From: Moniliella sp. 'wahieum'
Lineage: Eukaryota
Direction of reading: 5' to 3'
Length of the DNA: 64,000 nucleotides
NCBI GenBank assembly: GCA_003971905.1
Contig: RSEE01000009.1
Span: 310,001-374,000 of the forward strand
The notes under the pieces are model-generated. The model was not told the origin of the DNA. It ran no database searches and saw only the letters and a list, made by a program, of their open reading frames with translations. The position numbers and the translations under genes are program-made. Below, piece by piece: positions 53,922 through 64,000 of this stretch (the first letter of the stretch is position 1; every line of letters begins with the position of its first letter).

Positions 53922-55225
53922 AGCGCCGGGGATAGCGCTCAACATTTTGTTCTCACACCTAACATCGTTTGCCGTGCACCGTTCGCCGTCCAGCGGAAAG
54001 GTCGCCATTCGCCTCTGCTCTGTGTATCTTAAGGGTATCCATGTCCCCATGAGCAGTGCACCCCACCCCTCCTTCACAGTATAACATGCACTTGTCTCGT
54101 TCGTGTGCTTGCTCAGTTCATCATATCTTTTTTTAATTGGCTTGGCTTTTGGGCTTTCTCCATGCTTTTGGGCTTTCTCCATCCTCATCTTCTGCATCCT
54201 CATCCCGATTATGTTCTTCTCCCGTTTCATCCATCCACTCGCCCCCCTTGTCTCATCCCTGCCTTCGTTTTCATTCACCCTCACCTTCCTTGTCTTTTCT
54301 GTTTCATCCCTGGTTTCCTTGATCGGCCTTCCTCTTCTTCCTCCTTCCAGGAAGCTACTACTCATACGCGCGCTTGCCTTTACTATGGCACACAAGATCC
54401 CCTCTTGACTGGGATCTCCATATGGTTCCTTTTCCAATGATATCCTCATCCCTAGCTACCCCCTGTTATGCATTATGCACCGCCCTTCTTCCCCTTCAGT
54501 ACCCCTTAGAATCCCTGGTTATACGCTGAAAGCTCCGCTGGCTGAAACACGGATTGAGTTGGCCTGGGACACACAAGCTTTCTCTCCGATTCTACTGTAG
54601 TAGTTCGTAACCATTCTTTGGGGCGGTGCGTCGACATAGCGCACATCAGCGTTCAACATTGGAGACATCCCGAATGGGTTGAACAAACCTACAGACTCCT
54701 CTCCTTGACCTCAGCGCTCATTCCCACTACACACAGCCGCCTCAGCTGTATGCAGTGCATCCCATACGTCATTGCCCATACAAAGTAACGATACTTGGTT
54801 GAAGCCTACTGGGCGCATGGTACCCGCGTCCGCTGAGCTGTTGGATGTCAGCTGCTGACACTCAGACCGACCTCTGTCTGTCCGCGATCACGCCCCCCCC
54901 TCTCGAAATACGAGGTGGCAGCCATGCAAAACCCGCCAGTCCATCTTTCTTCTCAATGACATACAGTCCTCAGAAGCCATCTCCTGTGCCCTTTTGGCAT
55001 CCACTGGCGACGCTGCGACCGAGCATGCTGGGCTATGGAGAACCAAGGTAGGCCTACTTAAGACACGCGCGGCACAGGTACTAACCCCACGATCGTACCC
55101 CGCGGAAGAGTAAAGGCAACACATAAATAGCCGGATTATTCACGGCAGAAGTCGCGAGGATGGCCGAAGGAGATGGGACAGGCAGGGGAGAAGGCAGAAG
55201 GCAGAACAGGATGAGGGAAACAAGG

Positions 55226-56800
55226 CTAAATGTTGTTAGGTTTGCAGGTAAACGGGTGGTGTTTGGAACCAGTGTTGTAGTCGTCGACGATCTGCTGCAC
55301 CGAGGTATAGATGCCAGGGCCAAGGATGTAGAGGCCACAAGGGATCAGCATCGCATTGAACACCGTGCAAGCCCGACGGAACCAGCCTTGCCCGACCCAC
55401 AGTTGGCCCCGGTGGAGTTGGAGGTAAGCGAGACCCCAGAAAATAAATCCCATGCTGGAGTCGCACAGCGCTGAAGTGAGAGAGACTGTGGCAAATTAAA
55501 GCGAAAAGGGTCAGTGCTCAGTTCCGAAAGGAAGAGGGGAGGGGAGGTGAAAAACAGAGGTGAAAGAGAGACGCACCGATATCTCCAAAGGAAGGAATGG
55601 CGTTGCCCAGAACCCAAGCGACGACCCAAAGCACCACAAGGATGCTTACCCACACAGCGTACGCACGGTGCGACTTGTGGTCCATTGGCCTACCGCCCAT
55701 GATAGCCGCAAACAGCGCACGGGCCGTGGCCGAGGCGTAGATACAACCAATTACGACCGTTGGTACCATCGCAAAGGAGAAGGCAATCTTCTTTAGGGTT
55801 TCGTTCTTGATGATCGCAACGGCAGGCGCTTGGGCGTACTGGCCCGAGAAGGCATATATAAACGCTCCCACGCCCGAGAAGACAACCAATTCGAAAATGG
55901 TAAGGGCCACAACGGCAATAGGGAAGTCCCGTCGCGGATTCTCCATTTCAGCCAGAAAGGAAGGGTAGACAATCTGCCCCACAAAGAGGAAGATGATGCT
56001 GAGCATAGCATTGTTGCCATTAACAAATGATGTGCCCCGGGGGCGATGGCTGTCAAATGTACGGGAGCATCCCCGGCAGCGAGCGTGGCAGGATGTTGGT
56101 GCTGCCGCCCGACAAAAATGAGGGTGAGGAGAACGCAGATGCACATGCAAACTGCGATGAGGTGTTAGTACAGTCTACAAGAGACTGTGCAGGGTCCGGA
56201 GAAGAACATACTGGAGGAACAGATACCCATCGCCCCAATGTGTTCGAATCGTCGGGGCAAGCTGCCCAGGAAGGAGACAAGGGCGATGAAGGAGGCGAGG
56301 GCGACGGTGCACCACGCATTGCCCGGGTGGTAGGCAAACGTGTTGAGAATTTCAGCACCAGTGAGGGTGTGAAAGCCCATGATGAAAACGTTGTTGACAA
56401 TGAGCAGAAACATGCCCAAATACCATCCAAACCGACTCGGATTGCCGTTCCAGGAGAAGAGGTGAGCACCAATGTCGGGTACGCCACGCTGGGATGGATG
56501 AGCGAGGCAGTAGCGCCAGAGGGTAAGGGAAGTGATCAGATTGAGTGCACCGACCAGTACATTAGCCAGCACGCCACCCACAAAGCCCAATTGTGCATAG
56601 CTCCACGGTTCAGCAAGGATGGCAAGAGGTATATTCTCGCCAAACAGAAGACCGATGGTGGCGAAGAGGCCCAAGCCCTTGGCACCGGTGCTGAGCGAGG
56701 CGGCCGAGGAGGAGGCGGGATCAGTAATATCTTTCTCGACGACTTCAACGTCGATGTCGCCGTCGTCCTTGAGCGTGCGGGTCTTCTGGACGGCGTCCAT
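55226..56800 (-). CDS. Amino acid/auxin permease (AAAP) family transporter, Neurospora mtr-like
   Basis: LLFGENIPLAILAEPWSYAQLGFVGG, NNVFIMGFHTLTGAEILNT, FLFVGQIVYPSFLAEMENPRRDF, GPGIYTSVQQIVDDY..HPFTC. Multiple TM segments; intron at about 55487-55576. Confidence 0.9.
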
Positions 56801-58415
56801 GCTGGTGGGGGGACTGACGGTGATGGAGGGGTGATGGAGAAGGTAGGGGTAGCGGAAGGTGCTCCGCTCCGGCCCTCTCCACAGGCGAGTGTGAGATGAT
56901 ACGAAGGCGATAATCGTAATCAATCTTCAATGTTCAATGTCCAACGTTCAATCTCCGTTGGATCGGTGCCTGGCTGATAGTGCGCCGATACATGAGGCCG
57001 CGGGTTATGCACTGTCCCGGTGCCGCATGAAAATTTTGTCACGCGGTGCAAACGCCGTTCGGCAAATCCGGACATCCATTTCCGCCGTCTGCCCCGCGGC
57101 GCACGAGGACGCACTCGGCACAATGAGGCCCTGAGGCCGGACGCTGAGGCGCTGAGGAACCTGAAGCCCTGGGGCCTCCTGGGGCCTGGAGCCCTGATCG
57201 ACCTGATGCATGATCGATGCAGTAGAGGACGTGCGTCTTGGCAAGCCCGCTTAAAGTATACCAAGGTACACAGTACGTACGAGTACTCAAACACGCCTGG
57301 CAAGCGCACGCCAGCGCCAAGCCTTATCAATTATCGCCAGCCACAGCAAGCCTGGGCTTGGAGAGAGTGCTGCACAGACTTCAGGTTGTTCGGTGAGTCG
57401 GTGAGCCGGTGACGCCGCTTAATTCGCATACGTAATAGGCTCCACACTCGCGCGCTGTGCGCACTCCCTCTCGACTCCCAGGATCTCTCTCCATCTCAGA
57501 TGTCGCAGGCCTGAGGGAACGAGGGGCCGGAGGGTCATGCTCAAGAGACATTCGCCTTACTAGTTACTCCATCGTCCTAGCCATGATTCGTGACTATAGG
57601 ATCTTCTCTTCCGATATGACCGATGACCGTCGGTGACCGTAACCATCAATGTCCGCGGCGGAGCGACCAGACGCCCTCCAGACTGGACCCACCAGGTCTT
57701 CGCTCCGTGTCATGACCGTTCTCGTGCCTGTTTCTCTGATTTGTCCCTTTCCTTAGTTCTTACGCGTTACGCCTTAAGGGGGTGGGGCAGGGGGGCTTGG
57801 GCCTTATCGGTCACCAATGATGTCTTCCTGGCGTAGTCACTCTGTCTGGCCTTGTTCCACACCATCATAACATTCAACCTCTGTTTTGCCGTAAGATAGT
57901 CCCTGAGATGCATATATTAGTAGCCGATACCTAAATTGCCTCTTTTAGCGTCGACACCTCAGCAACGTTTTCAGGTACCAAGCTCCAAGCTTCACCTGCC
58001 ATAATAAACGCTCCAGCGTCCAACCTCCACAACCTCCACAAGCCCCAAGCTTCAGCCTGCTTCATGTTTAACCACACTGAGAGAGCCACAAGGTGAAAAA
58101 ACACTTTTGAGAGAAGACCAGCGGCTCGCAGAGACGCAAATGCGATTTATTGTGTAGGCGAGAGCTGAGCCCCTCAGAGCTGAGGCTCAGCCCTCTCAGT
58201 GGCGCTCAGCCTGAGCGCTCAAGCGCTCAAGCCGGCAGGAAGCACATGTAATCGATAATGAAAACGTGCACAACACATGTATGTATATTCTGCGGCGATA
58301 TGTGTCTCATATTCTCAATGGAGGATGGATGGTGCGGTGGTCCAGATGTGCACACGAAGAGAGGGGATGCTATCGTAACAGTAGAGACGATATATAACGC
58401 TGAAGGTCAGTACGG

Positions 58416-61300
58416 TCACCTTTGACCTGCCACATCTGTTGGGACATACATCACTTGTCTCTCCGCCTTTTCCCTCTCAAGGAGGAAAACCAGCTGCTCG
58501 ACGCCCGCCCCTTCCGCTTGAAAAGAAATGGCTGTGGTCTGCGAAATTAAGGTGGCCAAGTGGGTCATATTATATTGCTGTACACTGAAAGGATCCTCAT
58601 CCTCATTCATAACGCTGCATTATTTCCGACCATCCTCCAGTAAATAAGACCGATAGTATGGTGTGACATGTCGTCTCCCCTTCCCCTTTTCCCCTTTGCC
58701 TTCTTCACCATCTTTCCCCTCCTCTTCCTCCTCGCATTGCCTCCTTTCGGGGAAAAGATATCACTGCTGTATTTCGTCTCACTTTCCCCTCCGTTCATAA
58801 ACTTCTACTATAAATGCGGCAACATCGACACCTCTTTCGATGCTTCCTTCTTCTTCTTCACGTTGACGATTAACGGCATGTAATACAACCGAACTGTAAT
58901 CCGTATAACACTTTTAGCTCCTTCGCTTCTTGTGCGTCCGTGAGGGAGGGCTAGTGGCCACTCTGTGTATCAAACTCTGGCCAGTGAGCTTTGGCTCCAC
59001 GTTGCCTGACAATTTACCTTGGGGTGGGGTCTCGGGCGGAAGCTGGGCACAATGCGCAGCGGCGATGGAAGGTTGCGGCGGATTGAGTGGGGGCTTGGCC
59101 ACGGGCAATGAGGCAATCGTACGTGCACTGCCCTTGATTGATACCACTGTGGGGGTTAGAGTTCCATTCACCAAGTGCACGCTTTCCTCTTCGACGTGGG
59201 GTCGCTTCGTGCCCCCGGCTATGCCACGGATGCTCAGCGGCCTTACCGCAGCTGTCGCGAAGGGGGGAGATGGTCGTCTGGGTAGATCAAGTGAAAGCCC
59301 ATTGAGAAGCTGGGCACTTGGGATCGAGAGGGGCGCCGAGATGCCAATCCAGACGGGTGGTAAGTCGAGTGCGGTCCGCTGGTAGGCAGGGAGGAGCAAC
59401 TGGCAACTGATCTCTTCAATGGTTCGAAGCAAGATTGAGAGGTAAACCTTCTCGCTGGCCCCTCTTTTGGCCACCTCCTGTGTAACTTGCGATCCGCGCG
59501 CAGCAGCTTCAACCCAGCGTTGCAAGACTTCTTGTGCCGCAGGGCTGTCCGTCACCGACCCCATGGGTGCCGAATGTTGGGAGCGCTAGTCACCGGCAAG
59601 GGATATGATAGTCAGGGTGTGTATCAAAGCAAAGAGAGAAAAACATAACATACCAAAGGTAAAGCCATGGAAAGACCCCAAAATGCGGCCTCCGCGCACT
59701 CGAGCGCAAGTACATGCTCAGCGCTCCACTCCCCAGACGGGATGGGGGTGCTGATCAAACCTTCAAACAACGGCTGGACAAGGTGCGTATCATAAGCTCC
59801 GCCGGTCATGTGTCGTAGAGCAACCTGTCGGCGTGCCAGCGCCGCGAGCGCTGCCAGTCTGGTCAAGCATACCTTCACCCCGGGCGACACGAGCTGCAGG
59901 GTTGAAACCCCATCGTCCCCGAGGCAACCAATGCGGAAACTCTCATAGATAACTTGCACTTTGGCCGCCCTCTTGCCCCCCTGCGGGTGGGAACGTGACA
60001 GGAGCAAAGGCTCGTCCTGGCGGAGGTACTGGAGCACTCGTATGATGGCCCTTTTGGTCCGTTGTGCGAGCCCAACCGAACGGTCGATGGTCACCACATG
60101 ATCAGTATTAGTGCGGTCCTCATTCTTACTAAGACGAGGAAGTGTGTCCTTCCACACTTCCAATATTGCCTCTGTCTCACCTGGATTTGGTCCGACGCGC
60201 GCATTGGGCGGCAGAGAGCGCAAATAAAGCATCATCATCACCAGTTTTTCTGCTCCCCGTAAAAGGAGGGAGTCGAGCAGCGATTGCCTAGCCGCTTGGA
60301 CGCGATACGAACTGGGTTCTTCGCTCCAGAGGTGAGTCAGGCCGCTTTCCCCATCATGACCGAAGAGTAACCGAGAGACAATATCCAAGTCCCATTTCTG
60401 ATCGGGAAGCGTGACCACGTACGGCTCCACCATACTCTCCTCTTTCTCCTCTTGAGATGGAAGGATGAGATTCTCTGCGAGACGAAGGGCGAGAGTTGCC
60501 TGAAGTTCTTGGTTAGAAGCCAGTAGGTTAGGAAAGCTGTCCTTTTCTGTGGCGGGCATGCCATCTGACGCTTCCTTCCCGGGAGACGGCATCACTGCCA
60601 CTGCGAAAAAGTAAAGAAGGGATTTGCGTATGTTGGGGGATGAAAGCGATTCGGGCGCCAGCAGCATTTCCAGTGTCTTCTCAGGTTCAAGGCTGAGCAA
60701 GGTGCGCAAGCCCGCCTTGATCAACCGTTCTTCTTCCTTATGCTGTATCACCAATAGCTGGATCAGTACATCCACGTTGCGTCGCACCACAAGCGGATCG
60801 GCAAAGGCAAGCTCCACCAAGCTGCGGTAACCAATGAAGCGAACGGAGCGCGAGGAGCTCTCGCAATAGTCGTACAGTATATTGAGTGCACCGTTGCGGA
60901 TCTCGGGTGTGACGCGGTCTCTTGCTTGGTCAAAGTGGACCGCCAAAGATGCGAGCCCAAGCAGCCGACAAAGCTGGAACGCAACCATCCTCCGCCCGTT
61001 AATCGAGTCCATCTCGGCATTTTTCTCTGACTCGGGGTTAGGATAGACAGGGCTGGAAGAGTGGGCGCCTACGGTGTCGATAAAGTGGCGAAGGGCATGG
61101 GTGTGATATGGACGCCAATAGAAGGCTTGGCCGTTGATATTTCCGCTGGGCGTGTATGTAGGAGCGGCGGATGTGAAAAGCAAATTGGCCAGGAGGGGGA
61201 ACGGCGGAAGGCGGGAAGGGAGGGAGTGGAACGGTGCCACGAGGGCCCAGAGCCAGTCGGGCGTGTCCAGTGGGCGAGGAGGGTGTGTGGCGGGAGGCAT
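58416..61300 (-). CDS. API5 (apoptosis inhibitor 5)-like helical-repeat protein; 3' end uncertain
   Basis: 584-aa ORF with ALNILYDYCESSSRSVRFIGYRSL..VRRNVDVLIQLL..EEERLIKAGLRTLLSLEPEKTL, resembling the API5 N-terminal motif (recalled similarity). Continues through introns into ORFs 58914-59564 and 58416-58610. Confidence 0.65.
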
Positions 61301-61780
61301 AGTGCCACGGTGTCCATTGCGACCTGCACCACCATGGTCGCCGCCACGCTTTTGGCGGGTACGGGGTGCCGCAGACAACTTTTTGCGCCCGCTGTCGGTG
61401 GAGAGCCCATGGGGGAGGAAAGTGAGGTGGCGGGAGGAAAGGAAGGACCTCTACTCGATCGCGATTGCCGCGAACTCAGCTGTCCACGCAGCTGGCTAGC
61501 TTGTCACAGTGACAAGTCAAGCTAGTACAGGCTAACAACACACATGTTACACATGAGAGGCTCACATCCTGAGATCTCAGACCGGTTAGGTCTCAGTGGC
61601 AAATTACGGCCAGACGGGCCAGAAATAGAGCGCACGGCTATTTCAATGTTCAACGTTCAACATTCAATATTCAGGCCGGCTAATGCCTGCCATTGCAGCT
61701 GCCATCTCTCCACACTTCTTCCATCCATCCACAACCGCCGTACCCCTCCCTCCCCGCCACCGAGCGCCTTGCCGGCAAGC

Positions 61781-62243
61781 ATGGTCAGCAAGGAGGCCAA
61801 CGCGGCGGCGTACGAGTACGACCCACGTATGTATGCGTTTCCTTAATTTGTGCTTCCGTCTCTAACATCTGGGATCTCTGGCGGCGGCGAATGGCAGGAC
61901 CCTCAATCCGCTCATCTTCCACCTCAGCGCCCGCCCCAGCACCGAGGCCTCTACCCAAGCTCGACTTGCGCTCCATTCCTCTCCCGCCGGGACCTGCACC
62001 CCCTTCGGCTAGGATTGAAGGCTGGACCGAAAAGGACGAGCCACCATCCTATTGGAGTGGCAACGAGTCCTCTTCTGCGGCTACGACCGCCCCAGCCCCC
62101 GCTCCCACCCCCGCCTCTGCAACCACCCCGCTCCTGCCAGCAAGGGCGGTGTGATTGCCTCGGCGGCACCAGTGCTACGGGACCTGCAGAAGGAGGCGGC
62201 TGTTTTTACGCCTGCCAGTGTACGCCGGAAGGCACGGGAATAG
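61781..62243 (+). CDS. Small Pro-rich protein ending in a WBP11/Saf1-like C-terminal motif
   Basis: MVSKEANAAAYEYDP, a GTATGT..CTAAC..CAG intron, LRSIPLPPGPAP, then (across an indel) VIASAAPVLRDLQKEAAVFTPASVRRKARE*. Confidence 0.65.
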
Positions 62244-62815
62244 CTTGAGTCATGCATTGTAACGCCATCAGCGACTATGCCGTCCCAAAGAGCAGCAGGA
62301 AATGGACCGAGCGAACTGTGGGTAGTTGAGCGCTCGCAACCAGGTTGGTACAGTTTGGCCAGTCCACGCTCCCCCGCCAGAAATGGCTGATGGATGGGGG
62401 AGTCACTCTACGCGGCAAGCAGAAGCTCGTCACTTGGGCGGAGTAGTATTTTGACCCCCTCGGTACAGCGATTCGCGTCGGAGTTTTGAGATGGTTGGCC
62501 TCGATGCCCGATGGGCCTCTTGTGCAATATGAAATGGTCCATGTGACACGAGAAATTGAAATTGAGCGGAAGGGACATGATGCATGATGCATGATGCATG
62601 AGATCTGGGACAGTTCTCACTTGAGTGTGATATTCCGTGTCGTGATGCTTGTGACATGTGACATGTGTCATGTGACGCCGCATGTCACATGTGACACACC
62701 CTGGAGACTGAACGTTCAAATTGAACGTGGGTGGCTTGGGCTGGGGCTACGCTGAGCAACATCAGCCTCGGTCGCAGGCTCGGCCGCGTTCAGCAAGACC
62801 CGCATCCTCCCCGCC

Positions 62816-63511
62816 ATGCTGCCTTTCCGCCTCGCACGCCCGGCGCTGGCGCTGGAGGCGCGTGTAGCGCTGGTGCGCGCGCTGCATGCGACACTCCGCG
62901 TCGGGACTCCCCCCGACTACTACCAGCTGCTGGCGCCCCACCTCGCCAACGCCTCGCTCGGCGCCAAATGGGCGGTGGACGCCGGGGCGCTCAAGGCAGC
63001 CTGGCGCCGCGCCCAGGCGCTCACCCACCCCGATCGCATGGTCAACGCCACCCCCGCCGAACAGCAGGCTGCAGCAGAGCGCTCAGCCGTTGTCAACCGA
63101 GCGTACGAAACACTACGGGACCCCCTGCCCCGCGCTACCTACCTTGTACGCACCCCTCTCCCCTCCCCCCACCCCCCGCATCACGCATTGCCTAACTCCT
63201 TTGCTCTCTTTTAGCTCGAGACCTACACTCCTGCCAACATTGACGAAGAGGCGCGTCTGACCGATCCGGTGCTGTTGGCGCATGTGTTCGAGTTGCAAGA
63301 GCAGTTGGAGGAGGCGGAGGACAAGGAAGCGTTCCAGGATGTCTTGGCAACCGCCCAACCGCCCCTGGCCGAGGCGGAACAGGCCATTGCCGACCAACTG
63401 GCCGCCGAGGCCCCCGATTGGGAGGTGATCAAGAGCCAAATCGCTAGCCTCAAGTACTTTGGCAACATTATCCAGCAAGCCCGCCAGGGCTTGAGTCAAT
63501 TCGACGAATAA
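62816..63511 (+). CDS. JAC1: Mitochondrial Fe-S cluster co-chaperone HscB/Jac1
   Basis: Arg/Leu/Ala presequence, DYYQLL..LKAAWRRAQALTHPD..SAVVNRAYETLRDPLPRATYL, intron (about 63146-63213), DPVLLAHVFELQEQLEEA..LKYFGNI. Confidence 0.93.
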
Positions 63512-64000
63512 GGTCTCTCCTCCCCGCCCGCAACCAACGACTGAACGTTCTGTGTCTGTCTCTTTTCCTCTTTCCACTATAATGTGTCGTATATCCCTTC
63601 GGCTCTCTACACCACTATTGCATACTCGGCAACTAGTTACGGCCCCAGCTTGACTGGGGCCCGAACAAGGATGACATCCTAGCTCCCTCGGTAAACGGAG
63701 TCCAATTCAAATGAGACGCAAGTGCCACAGACTGCAGGGAGGGAAAAGGGGTGAGTTGTTGTTGCAGGAGGTAGAGCCTCCATCTGATTGCCTTGCCAGT
63801 TGCCTTGCCTCATGGGATATAGCAAGTCATGCTGCCCTCGACGAGCAGTATTATTGAGCCCTCTCGTCCGCGCGACATCCTTGTTCACGCTAGGCCATGA
63901 TCGTCGAAGCAAAGCTTGAACCACCACTGCATGATCGAGCCAGATCGAGGCGTTCAAAGGCGCCTCTGATGCCAAGTGGCGAGAAGCATACGGTCAGATA

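Noticed and set aside
53940..54449. Hydrophobic + strand ORF (54103-54408) and charged - strand ORF (53637-54449)
   Set aside because: Explained by pyrimidine-rich sequence downstream of the kinase gene; no recognisable motifs.

Overview
Eukaryotic, GC-rich fungal DNA, most likely a basidiomycete (inferred from protein similarity and short GTACGT...CTRAC...YAG introns). Nearly every gene has single-base indels, which look like unpolished long-read errors, so gene coordinates are approximate and proteins were rebuilt across frames. The window holds about 17 recognisable genes: SCS2/VAP, ARF1, a Yap/HapX-type bZIP, a flavodoxin-like quinone reductase, RAD54, eIF3b, a large secreted Ala/Gly/Ser tandem-repeat protein, SRPK/Sky1, zuotin, Mtr3, FAM32A, a PH-ArfGAP, a CAMKK-type kinase, an amino-acid permease, an API5-like protein, a WBP11-motif mini-protein and Jac1. 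Two gene-poor accessory zones (about 21-32.7 kb and 45-50 kb) carry a complete 1.38-kb miniature LTR element with a target-site duplication (TSD), two solo LTRs with TSDs, and degenerate duplicated gene fragments. Most striking: (1) a window-wide intergenic pattern of 7-bp units made of a 4-bp palindrome plus TGA/TCA; (2) a silk-like secreted repeat protein; (3) the miniature LTR element, whose primer-binding site (PBS) looks like a tRNA anticodon arm.
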